Of a DNA stretch of 64,000 bases, positions 1 to 9,425 are shown one piece after another; position 1 is the first letter of the stretch, and each line of letters begins with the position of its first letter. The position numbers and the translations under genes were made by a program. The notes under the pieces were generated by a model, which saw only the letters and a list, made by a program, of their open reading frames with translations, searched no databases and was not told the origin of the DNA. This DNA is from an uncultured Phycisphaeraceae bacterium (lineage in GTDB: Bacteria > Planctomycetota > Phycisphaerae > Phycisphaerales > UBA1924), in NCBI GenBank assembly GCA_964639935.1, contig CAZXGT010000001.1:6635-70634 (forward strand), read 5' to 3'.

Positions 1-144
1 GTCGAGCCTCGGGGCGCGAGCGCCGTCGAGCGCCAGGAGCAGCCCGCCGACCGCGGTCATCGACCCCATCAGCGAGAGCCACACGATCTGCGTGCGTCCC
101 AGTCGCTTGAGCGTCGATTGCAGTCCACGGATCGCGTCGTTCAT
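1..144 (-). CDS. Hypothetical protein, N-terminal fragment (gene continues past the left edge)
   Basis: ATG at 144..142 (plus-strand cat). Reads MNDAIRGLQSTLKRLGRTQIVWLSLMGSMTAVGGLLLALDG..., a hydrophobic anchor-like segment with high GC3. It is not in the ORF track because no stop lies inside the window. Confidence 0.4.
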   Translation of the reverse strand, partial: MNDAIRGLQSTLKRLGRTQIVWLSLMGSMTAVGGLLLALDGARAPRLD

Positions 145-288
145 CGTCGCTGAGGTGCTCCTGCTCGTCCCTGCGTGGGTGATCGGTCCGAGGACCGGCC
201 CGGCTTGTTCTTTTCTCCGCCGATTTCCTTCAAGAGCCCGCTCCCGAAGGCCGGGCCGACTTACCGGTCCGACCGAAGTCCGAACCGC

Positions 289-507
289 CTACCCCTTGGG
301 TTCGAGCCGGCCCGTGATGTTCGGCCGCCGCCGCCCGAACTCATCTTCCACATACTGCGGCGCCGACTGGTTCCGAACCTCGTCGAAGCGGTCGAACTGC
401 GTCCTCGGCTTGTTCGCCGGGAACAGCGGCTTCTGGCACCCGGCGAGCGTCGCCAGCGCCAGCGCTGCGCCGAGCGTCGCAACCGTGATCCGTCCACGAA
501 GTCGCAT
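289..507 (-). CDS. Small lipoprotein (about 72 aa), hypothetical
   Basis: Internal Met of ORF 289..549. MRLRGRITVATLGAALALATLAGCQKP has a signal peptide plus an LAGC lipobox. Third-position GC is high. Confidence 0.5.
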   Translation of the reverse strand: MRLRGRITVATLGAALALATLAGCQKPLFPANKPRTQFDRFDEVRNQSAPQYVEDEFGRRRPNITGRLEPKG

Positions 508-555
508 CGCCGCATCGTAGCGGAGGCGGCGTGTCGGCGCGATCCGCAAAATGGC

Positions 556-1161
556 CTACTCCGTGAGCTTCGGCATGGACTCGAGGACCTGATCGATCAG
601 CCCGTAGTCGAGCATCTCCTTGTCGTCGAGCCACTTATTGCGGTCGCAGTCCTTCTCGATGCGATCGTAGGGCTGGCCGGTGGCCGTCTCGTAGACCTTA
701 TAGAGCCGCTCGCGGAGGCGGAGCATCTCCTTGGCCTCGATCTCGAGATCGGTCGCCTGGCCCTCCATCACGCCGCCGAGGAGGGGCTGATGCATGAGGT
801 TCCGGGCGTTGTGCAGGGCGTAGCGCTTGCCCTTGGCGCCCGTGCAGGCGAGGACCGAGCCCATCGACGCGGCCTGCCCGATGATGTAGGTGCACACATC
901 GGGCTGGATGAAGTTCATGGTGTCGAGGATGCCCAGGCCCGCGGTGACCGATCCGCCCGGGCTGTTGATGTAGAAGTGGATGTCTGACTTCGGGTCCTCG
1001 TTGGCGAGGAAAAGAAGCTGGGCGACGATCAGGTTCGCGCTCTCATCCATGACGGGGCCGCCCAGGAAGACGATCCGGTCCTTGAGCAGGCGCGAGAAGA
1101 TGTCGTAGGCGCGTTCGCCGCGCCCGGTGTTCTCGATGACGATCGGGACAAGGTTTGACAT
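556..1161 (-). CDS. clpP: ATP-dependent Clp protease proteolytic subunit (canonical paralog)
   Basis: [33 protein letters not shown] matches the canonical ClpP N-terminus. Ser (GQAASMGS), His (MHQP) and Asp (DCDRN) triad contexts are present. GGAGAG lies upstream of the ATG at 1161. The alternative GTG at 1185 overlaps the upstream stop. Confidence 0.93.
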   Translation of the reverse strand: MSNLVPIVIENTGRGERAYDIFSRLLKDRIVFLGGPVMDESANLIVAQLLFLANEDPKSDIHFYINSPGGSVTAGLGILDTMNFIQPDVCTYIIGQAASMGSVLACTGAKGKRYALHNARNLMHQPLLGGVMEGQATDLEIEAKEMLRLRERLYKVYETATGQPYDRIEKDCDRNKWLDDKEMLDYGLIDQVLESMPKLTE

Positions 1162-1181
1162 AGCTCTCCATCCAGCAGGCG

Positions 1182-1775
1182 TCACTCGGACGCGCCGGCC
1201 TCCTTGTTCGGGGCCACCAGGACCTCATCGACCAGACCGTACGCCTTGGCCTCCTCCGCGGAGAAGTACTTGTCGCGCTCCGAGTCTTCCTTGATCTGCT
1301 CCATGCTCTGGCCGGTGTGCTTCGCGAGGATCCCGTTGAGCAGCGCCTTGGTCTTGATGATCTGCTCGGCCTGAAGCTTCACGTCCTCGGTCTGGCCGAA
1401 CACGCCCCCGTAGGGCTGGTGGATCATCACCTTCGCGTGCGGCAGGATGTAGCGCTTCCCGGCGGTGCCGGCGGTCAGCAGCAGCGAGCCGCCCGAGTAG
1501 GCCCGACCCATGCAGTAGGTCGCCACGTCGGAGCTGAGGAACTGCATCGTGTCGTAGATGGCCAGCGTGTCGTCGACCGAGCCGCCCGGGCTGTTGATGT
1601 ACAGGTTGATGTCCCGGCCTCGCTTCTCGTTCTCGAGATACAGCATCTGCATCATCACCCGAGCCGCCGACGAGTAGTTGATCTCTCCGATGAGGAAGAC
1701 GACGCGATTCTCGAGCAGGAGCTCGTCGATCGTCATCTCGCGGGTCCGCTGATAGCTGACGCCTGCTGCGGGCAT
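1182..1775 (-). CDS. clpP: ATP-dependent Clp protease proteolytic subunit, divergent paralog
   Basis: Only the C-terminal 197 aa of ORF 1182..2669 looks genuine: [33 protein letters not shown]...YINSPGGSV...[10 protein letters not shown]...MIHQP...DSERDKYF. The catalytic contexts are kept but the LVPxVIE N-terminal loop motif is missing. Confidence 0.9.
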   Translation of the reverse strand: MPAAGVSYQRTREMTIDELLLENRVVFLIGEINYSSAARVMMQMLYLENEKRGRDINLYINSPGGSVDDTLAIYDTMQFLSSDVATYCMGRAYSGGSLLLTAGTAGKRYILPHAKVMIHQPYGGVFGQTEDVKLQAEQIIKTKALLNGILAKHTGQSMEQIKEDSERDKYFSAEEAKAYGLVDEVLVAPNKEAGASE

Positions 1776-2042
1776 GGGTCTCTCCTGAAATCCAACCCCG
1801 CGCCCGAGAGGGACGCGGATTCCTGAACGCGCCCGGAGCAAACGTTTCCGGACGCGGGGGGCGATACTACGCCACGAAGCGCCCTGGCGCCGAGCCGCGC
1901 GGGGGACACGCCTCATCGGCCCCTCGGCGCCTCGAATCGAGCGCTGAACCCGCGCTGACGCGTCCCGCGTTGCCGCCCCGCGCCCGCTCCCGTAGCATCT
2001 CCGGTTCGCCTCAGAGAGTGAGCACACAGGGAACCAACGCGC

Positions 2043-2816
2043 ATGGCGCCCACCGCGATCATCAGCGATATCCATTCCAACGCGGTCGCCCTCCGCGCCG
2101 TCCTCGAGGACATCGAGTCCACCGATGCCAAACGCATCATCTGCCTCGGCGACATCATCGGCTACGGGCCCGAGCCCCTCGAGTCCGTCGACCTCGTCGC
2201 CGAGCGGTGCGAGTGGTCCCTCCTGGGCAACCACGATTTCGCCGTGCTCTACGAGCCGACGAACTTCAACCCCGGCGCCGAGAGCGCGGCCTACTGGACG
2301 CGCGACCGCTTCGAGGCCGAGCCCGACGAGGACAAACGCCGCCAGCGTTACGAGTTCCTCGGGCGTCTGCGCGTTCGCGTCGTCGAGAAGGCCGGCCAGT
2401 GGCCGCTGCTGGCCGTCCACGGCTCGCCCCGCAAGCCCATCAACGAGTACATCTTCCCCGACGACGCCATCAACTCCTACGAGAAGATGCGCCAGGTCTT
2501 CGACCGCGTCGACCGCCTCGCCATCGTCGGGCACACCCACGTGCCGGGCGTCTTCACCGATGAGCCCGACTTCTACCCGCCCGACGAGCTCGGCAACTTC
2601 ACCTACGCCTTCAACGGGGACGAGAAGGCCATCATCAATGTCGGCTCCGTTGGCCAGCCCCGCGATCACGACCCCCGCGCCTCATGGGCGCTCCTCCATG
2701 AGGATCGCGTCGAGTTCCGCCGCGTCGAGTACGACGTCGACGCCACCGCCAAGCTCATCTACCAGGCCGATCGTCTGAGCGACTGGCTCGGCGACCGCCT
2801 CTTCGAGGGCCGATAA
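2043..2816 (+). CDS. Metallophosphoesterase family protein
   Basis: Carries the calcineurin-like phosphoesterase motifs: ISDIHSN, CLGDIIGYGPEP, GNHD and GHTHVPG. Confidence 0.8.
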   Translation: MAPTAIISDIHSNAVALRAVLEDIESTDAKRIICLGDIIGYGPEPLESVDLVAERCEWSLLGNHDFAVLYEPTNFNPGAESAAYWTRDRFEAEPDEDKRRQRYEFLGRLRVRVVEKAGQWPLLAVHGSPRKPINEYIFPDDAINSYEKMRQVFDRVDRLAIVGHTHVPGVFTDEPDFYPPDELGNFTYAFNGDEKAIINVGSVGQPRDHDPRASWALLHEDRVEFRRVEYDVDATAKLIYQADRLSDWLGDRLFEGR

Positions 2817-2838
2817 ACCCTCGCCCCTCCGGACCACA

Positions 2839-5097
2839 ATGCCAGCAGCCGAACCCAACAAAGCCCTCAGGCTCGCCGTCCCGATCATCGTCGCCCTCTT
2901 CGGCGTCCTCGTCGTCGTGGGCGTCTTCATAGCGAGCCAGCCCAGCCCGCGGCCGGCGCCGGAGGAGCAGACGGCCGAACAGCCCGCCGCACCCGACCCG
3001 GAGCCCGGCGCCGTCGCCGCGGTCCCCGAGCAGGAGCCCCCGGCGACCGAGCCGGACGCCCCCGATCCGGTCGAGCTCGACGCAGGCGAGATCACTCCCG
3101 GACCCGCCCCGCGCGTGACCGAGGCGTCCCCGTCCGATCCCGAAGAGGACGCTACGCCGGAGGCCCCGGTCGCCGAGTTGACGGGCCTCCGCGCCCGCCC
3201 GCAGCCCGTCGCCCCGGACCTGCCCAACCTCGGCTCGGACGACCCGGACTCCGACTTCCCGCTCCTGCTCGCCTTCACGCAGGAGGGCGCCGGCGTCGAG
3301 GCCATCGTGCTCCCGAACTACGCCGAGACGCTCGGTTCAGACGAGCGATACGCCATCCAGGAGCGGACCACGCTCATCACGCCGGGCGGGCAGTCCTTCA
3401 CCGTCGCCGCGCTCGCCGCGCGCGGCGTGCGAATCAACGGCGAGTTCGTCGATCTCTTCGGCTCGCCCGACGCCCCGCTCTGGCGCCCGACGGCGCCCGG
3501 GGCCTTCGAGGCGATCATCGAGGACGCCGACGGCGAGCCCGTCGCCCGCGCCGTCCGACGATTCGTCATCAACCCCGACTCCTACGACATCTCGATCGAG
3601 CAGCGGCTCGAGAACCTCACGGCCCGGCCGCTGGACTACCAGTGGATCCAGTACGGCCCGGTCGACCTTCCCGAGGATGAGGCCAGCTACCTCCGCGACC
3701 CACGCCGCGTCTGGTTCGGGCATCTGCTCCCCGTGGAAACCGACCCCTCCCGGCAGATCGTCGCGCGCACCGACATCCGCTCCCGACAGTCGGTCATCGA
3801 CAAGCCGCTCACCGAATCGGGCCTGCTCTGGCCGCCGCCGAGCGCCGCGCCCGGGGCGCAGGAACTCGTCTTCGCGTCCCTCTCCAACCGCTACTTCGCC
3901 TTCGCGGTTCACCCGCAGATGCCCGAGGACGCGCTCGCCTCAGGCCAGCCGATCGACAAGCGCTTCGAGTCGGCCGCGCAGGTCTACCGCATCCTTCTGC
4001 GCGGCGCTCCGGCTCCCAACCTCCCGCCGACGACGCGCCTCGTCCTCGAGCTCCACAGCACGACCAGAACGCTCGATCCCGGCTCCACCGACGACCTCTC
4101 CCTCGCCGCCTACGCCGGACCGCTCTCGCGTCAGACGCTCGGCGCCGAGCCGATCTACGAGGCCCTCGGGCTCGACGATCTCATCGTCTACAACATCGGC
4201 GGGCCCTGCGCCTTTTGCACCTTCCAGCCCCTCGCCCGCGGGCTGCTCTGGTTCCTCTCGATCTTCCACGACTACATCGTCTTCGACTGGGCGCTGGCGA
4301 TCATGGTGCTCGTCGTCTTCGTCCGCGGCGTGCTCCACCCCATCACCAAGAAGTCCCAGATCCGCATGCAGCGCTTCGGCAAGCAGATGCAGGCGATCGC
4401 CCCCAAGCAGAAAAAGCTCCAGGAGAAGTACAAGGACGACCCCAAGAAGCTCCAGCAGGAAATGGCCCGCCTCATGCGCGAGGAGGGCGTCGACTTCACC
4501 GGCGCTCTCGGGTGCCTCCCCATGTTCCTCCAGACGCCCATCTGGATCGCGCTCTACGCGATGCTCTACTACGCCTTCGACCTCCGGCACGAGGCCGCCT
4601 ACTTCGGCGTCTTCCAGCAGATCTCCGGCGGCGGGTGGACGTTCCTCGCCGACCTCTCCGCTCCCGACCGCTTCATCGACTTCGGGCGATCGATCATCAC
4701 GCTCCCGCTCCTCGGCGAGATCTCCGCCCTCAACATCCTCCCCCTCGTCCTCGGCGTCGTCTTCTTCATCCAGCAGAAGTACCTCACCCCGCCGCCCTCG
4801 GCCTCCCTCTCCCCCGAGCAGCAGACCCAGCAGAAGATCATGAAGGTGGTCTTCGTCGTGATGTTCCCGCTCTTCATGTACCAGGCGCCCAGCGGCCTGA
4901 CGATCTACTTCATCACCAACTCCACCCTCGGCATCCTCGAGAGCCGGTACATCCGGGCGCACATCGAGAGCCTGCCCGAACCCGAGCCCAGGAAGCCGCG
5001 TCCCAAGAAGACCGGCCCGACCGGGCCGAAGAAGCCGCGCAAGCGCGTGCTCAACGAGAACGCCACGGGCTTCAAGGAACGTCGCAAGAAGCGCTGA
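2839..5097 (+). CDS. yidC: Membrane protein insertase YidC with a long Pro/Glu/Ala-rich periplasmic N-terminal region
   Basis: The C-terminal 60-kDa insertase core includes ...PKQKKLQEKYKDDPKKLQQEMARLMREEGV..., five hydrophobic segments and a basic tail. It sits directly upstream of mnmE, the conserved yidC-mnmE order. Confidence 0.9.
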   Translation: MPAAEPNKALRLAVPIIVALFGVLVVVGVFIASQPSPRPAPEEQTAEQPAAPDPEPGAVAAVPEQEPPATEPDAPDPVELDAGEITPGPAPRVTEASPSDPEEDATPEAPVAELTGLRARPQPVAPDLPNLGSDDPDSDFPLLLAFTQEGAGVEAIVLPNYAETLGSDERYAIQERTTLITPGGQSFTVAALAARGVRINGEFVDLFGSPDAPLWRPTAPGAFEAIIEDADGEPVARAVRRFVINPDSYDISIEQRLENLTARPLDYQWIQYGPVDLPEDEASYLRDPRRVWFGHLLPVETDPSRQIVARTDIRSRQSVIDKPLTESGLLWPPPSAAPGAQELVFASLSNRYFAFAVHPQMPEDALASGQPIDKRFESAAQVYRILLRGAPAPNLPPTTRLVLELHSTTRTLDPGSTDDLSLAAYAGPLSRQTLGAEPIYEALGLDDLIVYNIGGPCAFCTFQPLARGLLWFLSIFHDYIVFDWALAIMVLVVFVRGVLHPITKKSQIRMQRFGKQMQAIAPKQKKLQEKYKDDPKKLQQEMARLMREEGVDFTGALGCLPMFLQTPIWIALYAMLYYAFDLRHEAAYFGVFQQISGGGWTFLADLSAPDRFIDFGRSIITLPLLGEISALNILPLVLGVVFFIQQKYLTPPPSASLSPEQQTQQKIMKVVFVVMFPLFMYQAPSGLTIYFITNSTLGILESRYIRAHIESLPEPEPRKPRPKKTGPTGPKKPRKRVLNENATGFKERRKKR

Positions 5098-5121
5098 CGC
5101 GAAAGCGGGAGGAGCCACGAT

Positions 5122-6435
5122 TTGATCGGCGCGGGAACCATCGCCGCCGTCGCCTCCCCGCCGGGCCGCTCGCCCCGCGCCATCCTCCGTCTCTCGGGCC
5201 CGGACGCGCCCGCGGCCATTCAGAAGCTCGCGAGCCTCGCGTGGACCCGCGGCGTCTTCAAGGCCCGTCTCGCGCTGCCCGGTCTCGAGCTCCCGGCGCT
5301 GGCGATCCTCTACCCGGCTCCGGACTCCTTCACCGGCGAGGACAGCGCCGAGCTGCTCGTGTCCGGCTCGCCCCACATCGCTCGCGCCGTCCTCGAAGCG
5401 CTCCTCGCGATCGACGGCGTCCGACTCGCCGGCCCGGGCGAGTTCAGCGCCCGGGCGTATCTCGCCGGGCGCCTCACGCTCGAGCAGGCCGAGGGCGTGG
5501 CGACGATGATCAGCGCGACCAGCGCCGAGGAAGCCGACGCTGCGCGCCGCCTGCTCTCGGGCGAGGCCGGCGCCGAGACGCGCGACTGGATCGACCGTCT
5601 CGCCACGCTCCTCGCTCTCGTCGAGGCGGGCGTCGATTTCACCGATCAGGAGGACGTCGTGCCCATCCCGGCGCCGGAGCTTCTCACGCGCCTGCGCCGG
5701 CTCGCGCAGGAGATCGACGCGCGCGTCGCCGGCCCCGCGGTCGAGCCCCCGCCCGAGGGCCCGCTCGTCGCGCTGGCCGGACCACCGAACGCCGGGAAGA
5801 CGACCCTCTTCAACGCTCTGCTCGGGCGCGTCCGCGGCGTGGTTTCACGCGAGCCCGGCGCGACGCGCGACGCGATCGTCGAGCCGCTCCTCGTTCGCGG
5901 CGCGCGGGTCCGCCTCGCCGATCTCGCCGGGCTCGATGAAGCCCTCGCCGACCGCTCCGCGCTCGACGCGGCGGCGCAGGAGCGAGCGAGGGCCGCGCTG
6001 CGCGAGGCCGACGCGATTCTCTGGTGCGACCCGACCGGCCGCTTCGATCATCCGACGCTGCGCAGCGCGGCGAACGTCGTCCGCGTGCGCACCAAGGCCG
6101 ACCTGCTCGTCCCGAGCGAGACGCGAGAGGCGCTCGCCGTCTGCGCTCTCGACGGCTTCAATCTTGACTCGTTGCGGGAGGCGATCGCCGACGCCGCGCT
6201 CGGCGCCGCCGACGCCGCGCCGCGTCGCCGCCGCGCGCTGGTCGGCGCTCTCGTCGCGCTCAGGGACGCTCTTGAGGCGCTCGATCGCGCCGGGAGCGAG
6301 CGGGAGGTCGAATCGCCCGAGGTCATCGCCGGCGCGCTGCGCGAGGCGCTCGACGCTCTGGGCGAACTCGCCGGCGACGTCTCGCCCGACGACATCATCG
6401 CCCGCGTCTTTGCGACGTTCTGCGTTGGAAAATAG
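5122..6435 (+). CDS. mnmE: tRNA modification GTPase MnmE/TrmE
   Basis: N-terminus TIAAVASPPGRSPRAILRLSG, G1 motif GPPNAGKTTLFNAL, and the C-terminal FCVGK tetrapeptide (CxGK). The proposed start is TTG. Confidence 0.92.
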   Translation: MIGAGTIAAVASPPGRSPRAILRLSGPDAPAAIQKLASLAWTRGVFKARLALPGLELPALAILYPAPDSFTGEDSAELLVSGSPHIARAVLEALLAIDGVRLAGPGEFSARAYLAGRLTLEQAEGVATMISATSAEEADAARRLLSGEAGAETRDWIDRLATLLALVEAGVDFTDQEDVVPIPAPELLTRLRRLAQEIDARVAGPAVEPPPEGPLVALAGPPNAGKTTLFNALLGRVRGVVSREPGATRDAIVEPLLVRGARVRLADLAGLDEALADRSALDAAAQERARAALREADAILWCDPTGRFDHPTLRSAANVVRVRTKADLLVPSETREALAVCALDGFNLDSLREAIADAALGAADAAPRRRRALVGALVALRDALEALDRAGSEREVESPEVIAGALREALDALGELAGDVSPDDIIARVFATFCVGK

Positions 6436-6437
6436 GG

Positions 6438-6800
6438 CTAGACGTCCTCGTCGAGCCGCTCGATCGCCGCGTCAAGGAAGGCGTCCAGATAGCGCTCGCA
6501 GAACGCCTGCACCGCGGCGATCGTTCGCTCGTGATCCATGCCCCAGACGCAGACCGACAGGTCGTTCCACTCGAGGTCGGCCTGAATGAGCAGCTGGTCC
6601 TCGACCACGAACACGCTCGAGAGTTTGTCCCCGAGGAACGCCGAGAGAGCGTTGACGCCGGGGCCCCCGATGCTGACCGTCGGGCACTCGCCGATGGATT
6701 CATCGTTGAGGCGCCACACGTCCGAGCACACGACCGGGTCGAGCGGGGGGTCCTCGCCGAAGCGATCGCTCAGACGGCGCTCGATCTCCTCGCGGAGCAT
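6438..6800 (-). CDS. Hypothetical protein (start uncertain; the coding signal continues upstream)
   Basis: ORF with high GC3. The in-frame region 6801..6947 also looks coding but has no ATG, GTG or TTG (see finding). Confidence 0.5.
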   Translation of the reverse strand: MLREEIERRLSDRFGEDPPLDPVVCSDVWRLNDESIGECPTVSIGGPGVNALSAFLGDKLSSVFVVEDQLLIQADLEWNDLSVCVWGMDHERTIAAVQAFCERYLDAFLDAAIERLDEDV

Positions 6801-6921
6801 GTAGGCGAGCGGTCGGTCGCCGATCTCCGCGCGAAGGTGCGCGCCGACGGCGATCAGGAGCAGCCGATCCGTCTCGATCTGATGCGGGCCGAGCTGGATG
6901 TCCGGGTGGGTGTCGATGCGG

Positions 6922-7842
6922 TCAGTGTAGCCCGGGGCGCCGCGCCTCGACGGCGGCGGGGAGCCGCTCGAGCAGGTCGGTCGCGAGCATCCCCCCGGTC
7001 GCGCCGGCGTCGTGACACCACGACCGAGCGGCCTCCGCGTGGGCGATCACCGCGTGGATCGCGCACGCTCGCACGCCGATCTCCCCCGCATGACCCGCCA
7101 GGAGCGCCCCGATCACCCCCGAGAGCACGTCGCCCGTCCCGCCCGTGGCCAGCGCCGGGTTCTCCGCGTCGTGCGTCCACGTCCCTGCGGCGTCGGCCAC
7201 CACGGTCCGCGCTCCCTTGAGCACGACGACCGCGCCGAGAAACGCCGCGAGCCGCTGCGCCGCGGACGCCCGCGTCTCGGGGTCGACCGGGTCGCCCTCG
7301 AGTCCGAGCGACGTCGCCAGCCGCCTCCACTCGCCCGGGTGCGGCGTCAGCACGCACGTCGCCCGCACGTCCCGCTGCGCCTCGGGCGTGCGCGACAGCA
7401 TCGTCAGCGCCCCTGCGTCGAGCACCACCGGGACCTCCTCCTGCGCGATCGCCTGAAGCGTCAGCGCCCGCGACGCCTCGCTCGCGCAGAGCCCCGGCCC
7501 GACCACCAGCGCGTCGGCGCTCCGGGTCGTCTCGGCCAGTCGCGACGCCGCCGCGCTCGCGACGATCTCACCGGCGCGATCCACCGGGAGCGGAACCCCC
7601 GTGCACACCGGCGCGATCGCCAGCGCCGCGTCCACGATCGGTTCGGGCATCCCGAGCATCGCCAGCCCCGCTCCGGCGCGCAGAGCGCCGAGCGCCGCCA
7701 GCGCCGGCGCCCCGATCATCCGGGGCACCGCGCGCTCCGCGCCCATCGCGCACCCGCCGAACACCGCGACCGTGCCGAAGGTCCCCTTGTGCCCGCGCGG
7801 GTCGCGCGCCGGCAGCGGCGGGATGTCGCCCCCGTGAGTCAC
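6922..7842 (-). CDS. nnrD: ADP-dependent (S)-NAD(P)H-hydrate dehydratase (YjeF C-terminal type, no epimerase domain)
   Basis: HKGTFGTVAVFGGC...GTGDVLSGVIGALLAG are carbohydrate-kinase-like NnrD motifs. The GTG start at 7842 overlaps the upstream stop (GTGA). The ATG at 8028 would run deep into the upstream gene. Confidence 0.85.
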   Translation of the reverse strand: MTHGGDIPPLPARDPRGHKGTFGTVAVFGGCAMGAERAVPRMIGAPALAALGALRAGAGLAMLGMPEPIVDAALAIAPVCTGVPLPVDRAGEIVASAAASRLAETTRSADALVVGPGLCASEASRALTLQAIAQEEVPVVLDAGALTMLSRTPEAQRDVRATCVLTPHPGEWRRLATSLGLEGDPVDPETRASAAQRLAAFLGAVVVLKGARTVVADAAGTWTHDAENPALATGGTGDVLSGVIGALLAGHAGEIGVRACAIHAVIAHAEAARSWCHDAGATGGMLATDLLERLPAAVEARRPGLH

Positions 7843-9326
7843 TCGATCCACACCGTTTCGATCTCGAGCGTCCCGATGAGCGGCGTGATCTCGACCAGCG
7901 AGTTCACCAGCCCGCCGTCGGTCATGGGCGACGCCGAGATCGCGATGTGCGCCGCATCGAACGCCCGGTCGCCCGAGAGCGTCGCATCGAGATCGATCCA
8001 CCGGCCGTCGACGTGAGCCTGCGTCCACACGTGATAACCGAAGACGTCCCGCGCCCCCGCGAACGCCTGCGTGTACACCAGCCCGCTCACCACCCGCGAC
8101 GGGATGTTCGCCGCGCGAAGCAGCGCCGCGAGCAGCACGCCGTGCTCCGAGCAGTCGCCCTCACCCGTTCGCGCCACCTCAGACGCCGACGCGAACCCCA
8201 CCCCGAGCGACTTCTCGTCGATGAACCCGTGCGCGAACCGCCAGAGCGCCACCGCCCGATCGATCGCCGTGTCGGGCGCGCCCTCGAGCGCCCTCGCCTT
8301 GAGCTGCGTGATCACCCCGTCGTCGGCCGCGATCATCGACGAGCTCGCCAGGTGCTCCGGCCGCGCCCGCGCATCGTCCACCCGCGAGAGATCCACCAGC
8401 ACGCGCACCGACCCGTCCTCGAGCCGCTCGGCCCGCTGCGCGCCGCCCGAGAACGCCGGGATCTTCTGGCCCTCGGCGCGCAGAATGAACTCCGCCCGCG
8501 TCGCCCGTCGCGGGCTCTCGATCGGCGCTCCCGTCGGCCTGACGAATGTGCTGGCCATCATCTCGGGCGGATCCAGCTCCGCCAGCGCGAGCTCCTTCTC
8601 CGCCGCGATCACCTTGAGCGTCATCGCACCGAAACGCTGCTCCGTCACCAACGCCCGCCCGTCAAGATCCGTCCACTGCGCCGACGACTGCCCCGGCGCC
8701 ATCGACGTCTCCACGCTCGTCCGCAGCGCCGGAACCGTCTTCCCGAACACCTCGATGTTCTCCCGGCCCTCCACCACCATCGTCGTTTCGATCGGCGCCG
8801 GGCCCGCGATCGGCGTCACCATCCGCACCGTCACCGCCTCCGCGCCCCGCTCAAGCTGCTCGGCAATAAACGCCTGCGCCTCTAGCGGCGTCAGCCACTC
8901 CCCCTCCGGGAGCGGCATCGTCTGCGTGAACTCCCGCCCCGCGTTGCTCGCCGTCATCTCGAGGCCCTCGTCGGTAAAGACGAACCGCGTCGTCACCGGC
9001 GCCTGCCCGAGCCGCTGGGTCATCGACATCTCGATCGGCTCGCCGTCCTCGGTCTCCAGGAACGACGTCTCGATCCCCACCGACGCCTGCTGCCCCCCGC
9101 GACCAAACGACAGCCGCATCTCCATCCCCGTCTCGAGACCACGCTCCGTCTCGCGAACAAAGTCTCGCATCCAACCCGAGCGCTGGCCGTCAAGCTCGAC
9201 CACGTACCAGTCCTCCCGCGGCGTGACCTCGACCGCCAGCGCCGGCGCCACGACCGAGAGAAGAAACACAAGCGGCAGCATCAAACGGCGAATCATCAGC
9301 ATCACAAGGCCTCCGGATAATCTCAT
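7839..9326 (-). CDS. Secreted transglutaminase-like cysteine protease domain protein
   Basis: Signal peptide MRLSGGLVMLMIRRLMLPLVFLLSVVAPALA. The C-terminal transglutaminase core reads GEGDCSEHGVLLAALLRAANIPSRVVSGLVY...GYHVWTQAHVDGRWIDLDAT. Starts at 9302 or 9296 are also possible. Confidence 0.8.
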   Translation of the reverse strand: MRLSGGLVMLMIRRLMLPLVFLLSVVAPALAVEVTPREDWYVVELDGQRSGWMRDFVRETERGLETGMEMRLSFGRGGQQASVGIETSFLETEDGEPIEMSMTQRLGQAPVTTRFVFTDEGLEMTASNAGREFTQTMPLPEGEWLTPLEAQAFIAEQLERGAEAVTVRMVTPIAGPAPIETTMVVEGRENIEVFGKTVPALRTSVETSMAPGQSSAQWTDLDGRALVTEQRFGAMTLKVIAAEKELALAELDPPEMMASTFVRPTGAPIESPRRATRAEFILRAEGQKIPAFSGGAQRAERLEDGSVRVLVDLSRVDDARARPEHLASSSMIAADDGVITQLKARALEGAPDTAIDRAVALWRFAHGFIDEKSLGVGFASASEVARTGEGDCSEHGVLLAALLRAANIPSRVVSGLVYTQAFAGARDVFGYHVWTQAHVDGRWIDLDATLSGDRAFDAAHIAISASPMTDGGLVNSLVEITPLIGTLEIETVWIE

Positions 9327-9425
9327 CGTAGAGCCCTCCCGCCCATCCAGCGCCGCGCCGCCCCCCGCGCCGGCGCTTCCTTCCCGCGTTGGCATGCGTC
9401 TCGCCCGACCTCTACCCTTCCCTCC

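Noticed and set aside
1776-2042. Possible heat-shock-type promoter upstream of the clpP pair (CTTCGT ... CCCCCCGCG with TAGTAT between)
   Set aside because: It matches the sigma-32 and sigma-70 consensus only weakly. Promoter consensus for this lineage is unknown to me, so it is too speculative to call.
1776-2669. N-terminal 298 aa of the 495-aa ORF 1182..2669
   Set aside because: Only the last 197 aa align to ClpP. The upstream part is antisense to the metallophosphoesterase gene and crosses the intergenic region. The internal ATG at 1775 gives a normal-length ClpP.
3940-5939. ORFs 3940..5376 (-, 478 aa) and 4215..5939 (+, 574 aa)
   Set aside because: These are antisense or off-frame to yidC and mnmE, both of which have strong motif support. 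The translations are repetitive Arg/Gly/Glu/Pro strings.
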